From contig NC_134026.1 in NCBI RefSeq assembly GCF_964204645.1, positions 10,501,950-10,565,949 of the forward strand: a stretch of DNA of 64,000 bases. The letters run 5' to 3'. Below are positions 52,116 to 64,000 of the stretch, piece by piece. Position 1 is the first letter of the stretch, and the number at the start of each line of letters is the position of its first letter. The position numbers and the translations under genes are program-made. This DNA comes from Tubulanus polymorphus (Eukaryota; Animalia; Nemertea). The notes beneath the pieces were generated by a model. That model was not told where the DNA came from, made no database searches, and saw only the letters and a program-made list of their open reading frames with translations.

Positions 52116-52999
52116 CTGACTGTTGATTAGATGAATAGCTGAGAGCATTCCACTGTCCGCTATTGTCTACAGACTATTTAGTCTACTAATTCATCACCGC
52201 TCACAATTCTACCTAAGAAACGTACTAAAATTGAAAAAGAATAGAGCAGTAACACGGTTCACAAAAAAGCTGACGGCCGTGGTTCAAACCATACGGGTTA
52301 GCAGGTCTTTAAGGCATTGACAAGAAAAATCTAAGCCAAAACTCCATTGGTATGGTCATACTTGCTAGTTCGGATACTGAATTGAATAGCCTACTCGTAA
52401 CACCAAACAAATTATAAGCAAACATACGATACCTAGTCGAATGAAATGCTCGCCATTTTATTTTGGGTCCACATGGGGCTTTCCCAATGGGCTTTCCCAA
52501 TTACATCAGAAGCGCCTTAATTCCAGGAATTTCTCGTATATCCCACTAACAGCCAATCACATTCATTGTAGCTCAGGTAACAAGGTCAACTCAGATAAAT
52601 AGAAGCGAGAAAATTTAGGGGGTTTATTAAGTGAGGGCCTGTAGGTTGAAAAGTACATCGAGATGAGTCGCACAAAAAACGGCAACACTTCCAGGAAGGA
52701 TTGAACTTTTATATATTTCAATTCCAAGTATGCAAATTGTCATATGTAGAAACGTGCCATTACTTAGTGCTAAAATGCAGGGTTTTTACATGTTTTTCAA
52801 GAAAAAGTCCCCTAAAAATAACTCGATCACTATGAAACTTTTGTGGGCTCGAGAACTCATTAAGCCAAACCATTATATAAAAAATCAACACTATTGGTTC
52901 AACAGCCAATGTTTGTGTCTTGTTGACACACCGGTACTCTATTCATTTTCAATGAAAACTGCTTCACCAGACTGTTTGCATAGGCAAACCTACGGTTCG

Positions 53000-53266
53000 C
53001 CAAAAATGTGTAAAAAGTGCTGATTTTGGCGAACAACAATGGCTGCCAGTCGGCCATCTTGAATCTGACCGGACCAATTTTAGGGCTGAAGATGTGTCTA
53101 GGGTAGATACATATATAAACCAAATATCAAGACATAACCAAAAAGCGTCCTCGAAACTTCCCAAAATAACTGGATTCCATCTAAGGACGGACGAATGGAC
53201 GGACGGTCGACGGACGAAAAGTGAACGCAATAGCCCGCTGGAACTAAAGTCCCTAGTGGGCTAAAA
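53000..53266 (-). mobile_element. Helentron-associated element (HINE-like), 5' part
   Basis: (GGAC)n, GCAATAGCCC..GGGCTAAAAA end; core shared with 63720-64000 and 25994-26260. Confidence 0.7.
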
Positions 53267-54960
53267 ATTAGTAAAAGTTGATTGTATCAAGATTATAAAA
53301 TGGTTCTCTTTTTGACTCGGTTCTTTGTAAAGAGTAAGCTGAAACATAATTGTTGCTTTTCTGTGTTGATTCCTTGGGTAAAAAAACTTATTATCGGTAC
53401 TAGACAGCGGTTTCTATCAAAATAATTTTAAAGGAACCGGTACATGTTTGGTCTAAGCAGATTTCACATTTGCGGCCATCTGAAACTAAGGCCCGACGTA
53501 CAGCAACAGTGCTCAATCCCCGAACTAATAATAGGCCTATTCGCTTCCACTATGTTCGCAAGAAGTCGATTAACACGTTGACTGCCATCTACGAGATATC
53601 TCGTAGTAGCAGGTGTACCGCTCCTTGCCACTACGAGATATCTTGTAGTAAGCCCGGAGTGAATGAATTCATTTTTTTTCTGTTTGGCAATGTGGATAAC
53701 AACATAAATCGAAGTCTGGTAACTCAGATAAACAAGTAATTTTTAAAAAATCAATAACTAACTTTTTTATCAATTCTTTATTTATTTATGAACATCTAAA
53801 AAATCAAATTATATTACGTGATTATTTTCACATCAAAGTTTATAAGGCATCAAACGCTTATCAAATACCTTTCCTAATTGGAAAGAAATGATTCACCTCA
53901 CTGTGAATCGATAATAAACATAGAACGATAGAAATTATAGCATTGTTGTCATCTTTAGTTTTGTACATGGTATCTCCTGAAACAAGGGGTTACACATAAT
54001 GCTGGTTTTCCAGGACAGACATCACAAACGTAACGTGTTTCTTTGCGGTTACCATCTCTTCTGCAAATGCGACATGGCTTTGTGGGGTATTGCTTTCTAT
54101 CTGATGGGGGAACACATGCAAGATAGTGAAATGCTGCTGGAACATCTGGGTTTAGGGGAGGGGGAACTAATGCAACTGGTGCCAAGGCGGGGATATCGCC
54201 AAGCAAATGTTTGACGATGGCTTCACGGAAAGCTAATATCTGAATTGAGTCATTTGCATCATTGTAAATCATATGTGCATTGACAATGCTCATTTCTAGT
54301 ATGTGCAAACCAATCTTTTTATACCAACGCCAGTGGCGGATTTAGGGGGAGCACGCGGGGCACGTGCTCCCCCCCTAAAAGTCACAGCAAAAAAAATTGG
54401 ACCTACCTTTTCAAGCCAAATGAGTAAAAAAAAATTTTGGGGGGGATATTTGGGATTCGAACCCTTATGCCTTCTGCTCAACTGGATGTAAACCAGCCAC
54501 TAGGAAGTAAATGCATGTAAAAAATAATTTCTCTGCCGCAATAAAATGATCATCTAACTTATATAACGCTTCTAAGGTATGTATAATTATATTTTTGTAA
54601 AGTTCTATTATTTATTCTTCTGTGTATATAGATTGCATTAAATTATGTGAGCCCACAAGAGAAATATTGACATTTCTATATATTAAATAGTCTGTGAAAA
54701 ATCCCCTCGGCCTCAAGTTGAAGTAGTCGCGGACTATTACTAATTACATGTACCATTATCAAGGAGCTATGATGTATTTATAATTGAATGTTTATCATAG
54801 ATAAGGCCAGTTCTGATTTCACTTTTGAAGTGTGAAATAGACATTGGCTTGCAAGCTTTCTGCCAATTTTTCAACTTGACGAACCAGTGATGAGTTGATC
54901 ATGATTATCATATGCGAATTTGTTGAATTATTCTTATTTGTGTGTTTTTTTATTTTGCAG

Positions 54961-57336
54961 ATGAAAAAGCAGACGAGTATTTCTTCGTTCTTTGGATCCA
55001 CAAGTACCGGTCTAGATGCTAGTGTAAGAAAACAGGGAACTGATGAAACATTCACCCCTCCACCCGCACCCAAAAGAACAAAAAATGACATTCCGATTCC
55101 ATCTGATAATTGTGATATTGGATTAATTGAAGACATAGCTAGCCTTAATGCCGATGAAAAGTATAAATTATTACGGAAACACTTCGTTCCTGGTGAAAAT
55201 GACAATTTCCCGACGACTCTATACCAAAATAAGAACAGGAGGTTTAGTGTAGATTGGCTAACTAAAAAGCAATATGCAGGCCTGGTATATTCAAAGGCCA
55301 AAGAAGGCGGGTATTGTATATATTGTTGTCTGTTTGGGTCAAGTGATCTCGGAATACTATCTACATCTCCATTGACGCATATGAAACACGCCCATGCTCG
55401 ATTAGGGGCTCATTACGGAACTGATAAAAAGGAACCAAAAAAAACTCACCTTGAGGCACGTGAAAAGGCATTGCAGTTTCTAAATGTACATGAAAACAAG
55501 CAAAAAACTGTCGTGGAGCTGAGTAATAAGAATGCTTTAGAAAAGATAGAAAGAAACCGTACTGTCTTATCATCCGTGATAAAAACTGTCTTACTTTGTG
55601 GTAGACAGAATATAGCACTGCGGGGCCATCGAGATGATCCTGATATAAATTCCGGAAATTTCCAGGCATTAATTGATTTCCGTATGGATGCTGGGGATTC
55701 TGTTCTCTCGGATTACCTTGCCACCGGACCAAAAAATGCCACATACCGTTCAAAAACAATCCAGAACAGTATAATCCTGGCCATTGGCGATAACATTGTC
55801 GGAGATTTGATTAATGAAATCAAAAGCTCACAATTTTACTCTATATCAGCTGACGAAAAAGCGGACACTTCACACAGTGAACAACTAAGTGTGGTTGTGC
55901 GATTTGTTGATTGCAACAAAGATATCAGAGAGGTTTTTCTTGGCTTTGTCGAAGTATCAAGTGATACAACTGGATTGGGATTGTCTTCAATAATTAAGAA
56001 AACCCTTGAAGCTTGGGGTTTGTCCCTCGAAAACTGTAGGGGTCAAACATATGATGGCGCTGGTGGAATGGCTGGTGCTCAAAGCGGATGTGCTGCTCGA
56101 ATAACTGCTGATTTTCCACTTGCAGTGTACACTCACTGCTACAGTCATTGCTTGAACTTGATTCTCAACGACTGTGCTAAAAGCACATTAGTTAGAAATA
56201 TGGTGGACTGTGCAGAAAAAGTCTATAAATTCTTCGACAATAGCCCCAAAAGAACAGATTATTTGGAAAATGTGATCAAAGAGGTATGCCCTTCAACGAA
56301 ACAGAGACTGAAACAAATGTGTAGGACCCGTTTTGTTGAGCGACACGATGCATTCGAGGTTTTTGTTGAGCTCTATCCAGCGATTGAAAGATGTTTCAGC
56401 GATATGTCAACCTCACAGAATTTCAACCGTGAAACCACCAGTGATGCCACGACGCTTTTGGCAGCTATAACACAATTCCAGTTCATTGTGACCCTGATTA
56501 CTGTCAAAAACTGTATGGGCTATACAAAAGGGCTTTCAAAAAAGCTTCAAGGCAGATCTGAAGATATCTTGTCAGCATACAACAGCATTGAAATTGTTAA
56601 GGCAACTATCAAATCGGTTCGTTCAGATATAAATGCAGTATTTAGTAGCTGGTTTGAGGAGATTACAAATTTGGCAGCACAGAATGGCATAGCACCATCA
56701 AAACCACGTACCTGCAACCGTCAAACTCAGCGTGGAAATTATCCTGCTGATACACCTGAAGAATATTATAGGAGAACTCTTGTTATTCCATACATAGATG
56801 GTCTTATCAGTGGACTAGAAACCAGATTCTCTACATTGAGTGTCATTGCTTCAGAGCCACTGAAGTTAATTCCAACAAATGTGCAGAATACCACACTTAA
56901 TGATCTGAAATCGTTCATCAATCAGTACAAACAAGATTTGCCATCCCCATGCGGTATAAGTTCCGAACTCCTCCTCTGGAAAACTCATTGTTCTCAAGTC
57001 ATTGCTAATCTAGGGAAAGATGACAAGAAACCCAATACTGCAGCTCAGGCATTGAAATTATGTAATGAGGACGACTTTCCAAATATCTTTATGATGCTGA
57101 AACTAGTTTGCACATTAGGTGTGACAAGCTGTGAGTGTGAGCGGGCAAACTCTGAACTTGGACTACTCAAAACATATTTGAGAAGCACCATGACCCAGTC
57201 CAGAATGAATGGTTTAGCATTGATGCATGTCCATTATGGACTTACCTCTAAAGAAGGCTTTATCGACCGGGTAATAGCAACATTCAGCAGACAAAATGCC
57301 AGGAGAATGGTTTTAAATAATATAATTGATGATTGA
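54961..57336 (+). CDS. hAT transposase (ZMYM1/THAP12-like: TTF-type Zn finger, DUF4371, hATC dimerisation), intact 791 aa
   Basis: Uninterrupted ORF; CIYCCLF, ALRGHRD, SKTIQN, ISADE (D), GQTYDGA (D), HCYSHCLNL, TRF, CERANS (E), LKTYLRSTMTQSRMNGLALMHVH. Confidence 0.93.
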   Translation: MKKQTSISSFFGSTSTGLDASVRKQGTDETFTPPPAPKRTKNDIPIPSDNCDIGLIEDIASLNADEKYKLLRKHFVPGENDNFPTTLYQNKNRRFSVDWLTKKQYAGLVYSKAKEGGYCIYCCLFGSSDLGILSTSPLTHMKHAHARLGAHYGTDKKEPKKTHLEAREKALQFLNVHENKQKTVVELSNKNALEKIERNRTVLSSVIKTVLLCGRQNIALRGHRDDPDINSGNFQALIDFRMDAGDSVLSDYLATGPKNATYRSKTIQNSIILAIGDNIVGDLINEIKSSQFYSISADEKADTSHSEQLSVVVRFVDCNKDIREVFLGFVEVSSDTTGLGLSSIIKKTLEAWGLSLENCRGQTYDGAGGMAGAQSGCAARITADFPLAVYTHCYSHCLNLILNDCAKSTLVRNMVDCAEKVYKFFDNSPKRTDYLENVIKEVCPSTKQRLKQMCRTRFVERHDAFEVFVELYPAIERCFSDMSTSQNFNRETTSDATTLLAAITQFQFIVTLITVKNCMGYTKGLSKKLQGRSEDILSAYNSIEIVKATIKSVRSDINAVFSSWFEEITNLAAQNGIAPSKPRTCNRQTQRGNYPADTPEEYYRRTLVIPYIDGLISGLETRFSTLSVIASEPLKLIPTNVQNTTLNDLKSFINQYKQDLPSPCGISSELLLWKTHCSQVIANLGKDDKKPNTAAQALKLCNEDDFPNIFMMLKLVCTLGVTSCECERANSELGLLKTYLRSTMTQSRMNGLALMHVHYGLTSKEGFIDRVIATFSRQNARRMVLNNIIDD

Positions 57337-57519
57337 CTTGATTTATTTCAAACCATTGATGATAAGTTTCAAATATAGTAGTTTATTGTATCCATTGAAT
57401 ATTTTACCGGTGATTAGCATAAATTGCTTTTGATAAAGGAACACTGATGTAAGTTGTTTTTGTGCGGTTTTATGTATTTGTGCAATTTTAAATATGTTTA
57501 TAAATCTATTCATCTGTAA

Positions 57520-58070
57520 TGTAACCTGCTGATAAGGACTTAAAGAAGTGCAATACATTCTTCTTTGTGTTGCCTTAGTCTATACAGTATTAAGGTCGTT
57601 AATTAACTTGTGCAAATGTAAAAATGTTTTTGTTTTAAAATTTGGATAGTTTTACTTTAATCTGATTGATTTTGACTAACTACTCAAAGTTATGCAATGT
57701 ACAAGTAAATTTAATTAATCAGTGCAAATATAAATATGTTTTGTTTCAAAATCTGATAGATAATCTATGACTAATCTGTATTAAATGGAAATATTGAAGG
57801 TAACTGCTGATAAAAAGAAGTGCAATGTATCCTTCTTTGTGTTGCCTAGATTAGAAAGTATTATTATGGTCATCTATTAACCTGTGCAAATGTAAATATG
57901 TTTTTGTTTTTAAATTTGGATAGTTCTTTATCTGATTGATATTCTATTATTTTAATAGTGTAACTCAAATTTTATAATTGATACAAGTACATTATTAACA
58001 TGTGCAAGTGTAAATATTTTGTTTTAAATGTGAACAGTTTTACCAGTTTTACTTATCTGATTGATTTGAA
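57520..58070 (+). repeat. Degenerate tandem duplications in hAT 3' region
   Basis: Recurring TGTGCAAATGTAAA.ATGTTTT.GTTTTAAA..TGGATAG blocks and duplicated AAAGAAGTGCAAT..TTCTTTGTGTTGCCT. Confidence 0.7.
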
Positions 58071-59562
58071 TAGACTTAGTCAAATTCCATGATACCAGTG
58101 TTAGTTTCTTTCTACATCTGATAAGTATGATTTAGGCATTTATATCTAAGGAGTATATTTTTCTCAATATGTTTCAGAGTTTTACCTTCACTTCTTTAAC
58201 CTCCAGACTGCCCTAAAATGGACACGAGGGCCCCAATTTCCCCCAATGTTTCAGGGCTTTCCCTTCATATATATGACCATATAACCAATCATCTTTGACC
58301 TGAGAAGTGCCCTAGAATGCATCCTGTGGGCCCTAATTTTCAAAATTTTCTGGGGGGAGGACCCCCCAACCCCCCCTTGGTGACCTGAGATAATGTTCTG
58401 TATTTCATGGTGCTCTACCCCTAAGAAAATCCTACATCCGCCCCTGAACGCAGTGTTTTGCGCAATGCAGAGTGATATGACATCATTTGATCGGCTCGGT
58501 CAATACCGGACATGCCAAGATTATAATCCCTAATGATATTATGGTTTCTTGGTAATCTTTCCATTTCGGTTTGGAACGTCCAACATTTCTACCCGGTGCA
58601 TATTACTGATTGTCAAAACATCTCGTTTATCCTTCCATTTACAAACAACAACCGAGTCCGACCTTTTCCATGTGTGCTCACCTTTTTTGAGCTTTTTAGT
58701 TGTTACCTCTAAGGGGTTGTCCTTACGATCGGTACGCAGTGTCCCACAACTATATGTCCGTTTTCCAGTCATATATTTGACCAATGACACAGAATTGTAA
58801 AAGTTGTCTGTATAGACAATATGCCCTTTATCAAGGAACCCTTCCATGAAATGGAGAACAATGGCTCCTGACTGGCCTAGGTTTTGTGTATCAGGAACTG
58901 CTTTTCCAGAATATATGTGAATTCTTAGAACCATGCCACGAGACTCGCATAGCTCATAGAATTTTACACCATATTTATGTTTTTTGTTTTTTATATATTG
59001 CCTGAACACAAGGCGGCCCCGCCAGAGAACCATTGACTCATCAAGTGATAACGATTGCCCTGGATAATAAACCCGATCCATCCTATTATTGAAGTTTTCC
59101 AATAAAGGTCGGATCTTGTAAAGTCGATCGTCAGGTTGAACTTGGTTGTTGTTTGCAAAGTGCCAGAAACGTAACAATAATTGGAATCTATTTCTGCTCG
59201 TGACACGACCAAACAGTTTTATACAGTACAGACTGATTCCAGTAATGTTCAATTGTCGGCATTCCGTTAGGGCCCATATGAATGAGGAGTGCAAGAAACC
59301 GTTTCATTTCAGCAGCATCTGTATCTCCCCATGCATGGAGATGTGACTCTCTACGTAGTGGGTGATTTCTGTTGATTTCCTCCCGCGCATATCCATTGGT
59401 TTCTTCAACCATGAGATCTATTAGTTCTGGAGTCACCAATAGATCAAAATAACTTCCTGGCTTTTCAGGATTGCGGACAGCAGTACGCAAATCAACGACT
59501 TCATTTCAAGGAAAGTCCGGCGGATTTGCAGGAACAGCAGACCAAACATGAACAGCAGCAGG

Positions 59563-59690
59563 TGGTGCAGCAGCAGGTTGCTGCACATTTTGAACGACTG
59601 GCTGTGCTGCAGCAGCAGGTTGCTGCACATTTTGAACGACTGGCTGTGCTGCAGCAGCAGGTTGCTGCACATTTTGAACGACTGGCTGTG
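59563..59690 (-). repeat. 42-bp coding tandem repeat x3 (AQPVVQNVQQPAAA) in piggyBac N-terminus
   Basis: Three near-perfect units GCAGCAGCAGGTTGCTGCACATTTTGAACGACTGGCTGTGCT. Confidence 0.92.
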
Positions 59691-61529
59691 CATTTTGTCT
59701 ACGGGGTGCTGTTGGAGGTTGACCTCGACCCCCACCTCTGGTCCAAACACCGCAGCCTCTAGGCCTATTACCGCCCCTAGTCTGAGCTCCACGGACTACG
59801 GTACCTACGGCGATTGCTGTTGGTGGATGCACTGAGGGTTGAATACCCTGACCTCTAGTACTGCCCCTAGCTCTAGCTCCACGGCCTCGAAATACAGGCC
59901 TACCACGTGGTGATGAGAGTTCATCATTCTCGGACGATGATGAGGGATCTTCTGACCACAAATTGGGATCCCCTTCAGAGGCAGAATCCAATTCAGAACT
60001 TTGATTATTTACATTATAGTCACTATCATGCTATCGTCTATTTCTGAATTACCTGACTGGCTTATATCCATTTCATCAGATACATTGTCTACATTATCGG
60101 ACATTACAAGACCAGCGACATCGGCGACAGACAAACGCGCCATTTTCACCATGTGCTTAGCCACGTGCAGCGTTTCCGGTCCAAAGGGGACAGTAGTAGC
60201 TGGTATAGAGATGAAAAACGGTTTGGAATATGTATCGTAGCTGGCAATGGGGGAGAGATATTTATTTCCACTGCCAGCTACGAGACTCGTAGTTGGCAGT
60301 GGGGGTAAACTTTTTATACCGGTTGCCAACTACGAGTCTCGTAGCTGGCAACTGGTATAAAACGTTTACTCCCACTGCCAACTACGAGACTCGATTCAAC
60401 TCTGTTTTCACCATATAATAGGTGTAATACATGCATTAAATGCAATAAAAATCAATATATGTGGTTTCCGCCTACTTTTCGTTGATTGGTGAAACTGGCA
60501 ATGTTGAGAAAAAAAAATTTTTTGAGTGGCAGTCAACGTGTTAACTACGATAAGCGTTTGCCTTGGTGCCGGTCTCTTTTTCCGATTAGATTCCGACTGC
60601 TGCTGCAGGTGGCATCTGAACTGGCAGACAGTCAATGGTATCATAGAACAATTTCAGATAAAATAGCGTGCAAATAGGGGGATTCGAAGCTAACTCATCG
60701 ATTGGTCTAGTGCCTTGTTTGGCAGCGGGTATATGTGGGAAAACCTGGTTACTATATTCAGGTCTATCGTGAAAATTCTGTTTTTGGAAAATTCCGCGAT
60801 TCTGTGATTCCCGACATGACAACACCGACCTAAATGGAGTTGATGTTTAACCTGATATACCATGAATTGTGAAAAGAAAAATTACAAGCAACATAGTTGT
60901 AAAAGCTACATACACAGCATACTAGACATTTATCTGTCTGTCCCCCAAAAAAATCTTTTAAGGGACAATGGCATTAGCATTTAGGCAATGAAAAAACGAT
61001 TTTGTGTAAAACCGGACCAACTAACATTGAATTACCAGAATCAGAGGTGCCACCATCTAGGCCTATATAGACTTACATAATCCAGTATCTTCATATCTGC
61101 TTGCATCTTCTGTTACTTTTGTTCACTTCTATGTTATACACCTCTGAAATGTAGCCAACCCGTGACAAAGTGAAAAAGCAAAGAAAAATCAATATGTTGA
61201 GTTTTAGAATTGAAAGGGGATATTTTTGTCAATGAGCACACAGCATTATTTTAGTTATCACTATTTTCCTAATAGTTCATTCCGATTAATTACTGATATT
61301 GCATATGTTCACTTTGGTAGGCAAGCCTATTGGGACAAAGCTCAAGTTTTTTAGTCTATCACAGCCTCGGTGAATGTATGCACAGGCCAATGACCTTGAA
61401 AATCACCACAATCATAGCAAACATCATAATTTACAACTTAACTTATATGAATTGAAAGATGATTTAATAATTTTCATTATTCAACTCCCCGGGTGGCGAG
61501 AACTGGGTTACTACTATTAATAGTGACTA

Positions 61530-62161
61530 ACGTATTTACCGGCCAATAAGCCGACTCGGCCAATAAGCCGAGGGCAGTTTTTTAGCCTAAAATACATGGA
61601 TTTCATAAAGCTTCGCCCAATAAGCCGAGGCCCTTCATCAGAGATTTTAATTCACTGATTTGTCAATTAGATCGTCTTAATTGACGATTTAAGAGGCTGA
61701 CAGTAGCGCCCGCCGATGTGTGAGAGTGCTGTGTATACTATCATCGCCGAGTGACTGTGCTATATATTATATATAGACTCACTCAGCTGATTACTATACA
61801 CACAGCCATACACGCAGTATGCGGCTCACTGCTGATTTGCATATATACTAATGTATGAACTGACACGTGGTAGTACGATGAACTCGCGCGTTATATAAAT
61901 GTATACCATTGCCGCTGTGCGGTGATGGAACAATCAAAGTAAAAATAAAATAGTTCAAAATAGATTATAATTGGTAGTAAATAATGACCTCAAATAAATA
62001 TCGACCACTTTTCTTGATTTTGACGATCATTGAGAGCGTTAGAGTGGCATAGATCGGAAAGTGATTTTTTATGTCAGATCGTATCCGCCCAATAAGCCGA
62101 TCACGATATTTTGGGTAAAAATCTGAGGCTAGAAAATCGGCTTATTGGCCGGAAAATACGG
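61530..62161. mobile_element. Tc1/mariner-pogo-type MITE
   Basis: TA-flanked; TIR (A/C)CGTATTT(A/T)CCGGCCAATAAGCCGA; internal CCAATAAGCCGA repeats. Confidence 0.82.
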
Positions 62162-63719
62162 TAATGACTATGAAATCTGCAGCTTTAATGAGCTCGAAAA
62201 GGCCCAAGTCTGATGTACATGTACATCGAAATGTACATCGAAATTCGGGAAGTCATCAGACATAAGTCGAAATTCGACTAAATAAGGGTCCAGTAGTAAG
62301 GCCAGGGTAAAAAGAAGTACTAGGAAGGACTTTTTTTGGCAATTTTAGATCCAAAAGGAAGGACAATTTGACTCGGAAATATGTACTTTCCAGTAAAATG
62401 AGGGCCCATAAAGGAGCATTTTTGCAATGCATTTGCCCGAATACTAGTCATGTAGACCAGTCATATATTTTAGGGTAATTCCATAACACTGCCTTTCCTG
62501 TAGATTCAATCTTACTGATAATTGAATTACCAGTAATTACCAGTTACTGAGTAATGAAATACTTCAACGGTCGAATTGGCGACGAAATTGCGCGCAAAAA
62601 TACATAGAAATCAAATTTAGAAGGACTTTTTTTATGAAAAGGAAGGACTTAGAGTCAAAAAGAAGGACAAAGATGATGTTTGTCCAAACTTTTTCCGAAA
62701 GAAGGACAAAGAAGGACTTGGAAGGACCGCTGGAATCCATTATTTTCATGTCGAATTTCGAGTTATTTTTATGTCGAATGTCGAGATAATAAGTCTACAT
62801 GAAAATAACATGAAATTCGACATTATTAATTTGACATGAAAAGAGAACTCGAACATAAATTAAACATAACTAAATCGGAATTCAACTTATTATTTCGAAA
62901 TAAGTCGAAATTCGACCGAATATCTCGGAACTCCACTTAATTAGTTGAAATTATGAAAAAATTATCTCATATGTCACCTAGGGGCTTCCATAGATTTGGA
63001 AGTGGAAATGGAGAAGTATTTAATATGCTTTTGGGAGATATTACTACCAATACTCAATCTAGTTAAGCTTGCCTAACTCGGAAATGGTCAACTCAAAATT
63101 TTGACTAACTAAACAAAAAAGAAACTATTTTTCATTACTAACATATTTTCCCATCCTTAACTTGGACTTACTCACCACAATCATAGATGATGTCATGAGC
63201 TACAACTTTGCAATTGAATGTGGTAACAAAATATGCAAATGTACAAATACAACATAGAAATACTAAGCTATTGCATTATTCAACGCCCCCTGGTGGCCAT
63301 ATACAAAAACCAATGACAGTGAAACTCATCAAAATCATAGAACACGTTGTGGGCTACAACTTTCCAATTGATTGTAGTAACACAATATGCTTAGGTATCA
63401 ATATAATGTGGAAAAAACTGTTTCCCACCTACGAATGAGTTACTGATGACACCAAGATAGCCACCAATTGCGTCATAATCGGCTGATCAAAAATAACTAT
63501 CTCAGCTATAAAACATCCCTTTCCAAAGAACACCCATCCAAATTGCAATGAGAAATGGCAAACCAGTAGGAAGCTACAGGACCTAGAATTCCGGCCAAAA
63601 TTGACATTTTTGGACTCTAAAAAGGTCACAGGACTATCTTGAGTCCGATCGACCCAATTTTTCTTATGCTGATAGGCCCTTGGGGGATTCAAATATATCC
63701 CAAAGATAAAGGTAATTGA

Positions 63720-64000
63720 TCAAAGCGTCTTCAAAATTTCCCTCAAAAACTTCAAATATGTGTAAAAAGTGCTGACTTTGGTGAACAACAATGGTTGCCA
63801 GTCGGCCATCTCAATTCTGACAGGGCCAGTCTTCAGGCTGAAGATGTGTCTAGGCTAGATACATGTGCAACCCAAATATAAAGATGTTACATCGAGGCGT
63901 CTTAAAAACTTCCCAAAATAACTGGATTCCGTCTACGGACGGAGGAACGAACGTCGACCGGACAAAAAGTGAACGCAATAGCCCGCTAGTGGGCTAAAAA
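63720..64000 (-). mobile_element. Helentron-associated element (HINE-like), 5' part
   Basis: Homologous to 53000-53266; ends GCAATAGCCCGCTAGTGGGCTAAAAA. Confidence 0.7.

Larger units (their letters stand above)
54331..58446 (+). mobile_element. hAT transposon (Tip100/Zaphod-like), apparently complete
   Basis: TIR CAGTGGCGGATTTAGG / CCTACATCCGCCCCTG (14/16); AACGC duplicated at 54326-54330 and 58447-58451. Confidence 0.92.
53955..60143 (-). pseudogene. piggyBac transposase (PGBD4-like), frameshifted and split
   Basis: MARLSV start at 60143; SRNRFQLLLRFWHF, SLDESMVLWRGR, YTDNFYNS, WKDKRDV, RKTL|RWYKK across the hAT, Cys-rich C-terminus CRIC..CDVC..LCVTPCFRRYH. Confidence 0.92.
53574..60540 (-). 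mobile_element. Full-length piggyBac transposon interrupted by hAT insertion
   Basis: Perfect 14-bp TIR CACGTTGACTGCCA; TTAA at 53570-53573 and 60541-60544; palindromic subterminal CTACGAG..CTCGTAG repeats at both ends. Confidence 0.93.

Noticed and set aside
54819-55759. Antisense ORFs (160 aa and 132 aa) and similar short shadow ORFs throughout the window
   Set aside because: They overlap recognised transposon genes or repeats on the opposite strand and show no independent motifs
53470-60677. Host ORF reconstituted across the piggyBac TTAA site (…RKKSIN|YDKRLPW…)
   Set aside because: The joined frame is short (<90 aa), starts at TTG and has no recognisable motif; probably chance
62230-62995. 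Degenerate TCGAAAT/GAAGGAC-repeat elements, possibly nested MITEs
   Set aside because: Termini and TSDs could not be fixed reliably enough to annotate

Overview
AT-rich eukaryotic (animal, probably marine-invertebrate) genomic DNA made almost entirely of nested, mostly decayed transposable elements; no ordinary single-copy host gene, rRNA, true tRNA or CRISPR array is evident. From left to right: a Helitron Rep fragment; a SAP-SWIM (ISL2EU-type) gene fragment with a tRNA-SINE in its intron; a piggyBac remnant; a spliced OB-fold-like gene fragment; a Gypsy LTR element whose RT is split by a complete ISL2EU element (AT TSD); a decayed P-like transposase split by an RTE LINE; piggyBac and EnSpm/CACTA remnants; a SAM-HECT gene bracketed by satellite-bearing TIRs; a MULE-type SWIM-Ulp1-PHD region; Helentron-associated non-autonomous elements and minisatellites; a 9-kb TIR/TSD-bounded P-superfamily element; LINE RT fragments; a second LTR family; and a complete piggyBac interrupted by an apparently intact hAT element. 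The most striking object is the P-superfamily element (36487-45531). Its transposase carries a RAG1-CND/Chapa-like zinc domain instead of THAP, and it faces a convergent PHD-finger partner gene, a layout reminiscent of ProtoRAG. All calls come from motif recognition by eye, without database searches; boundaries without a TSD are approximate.
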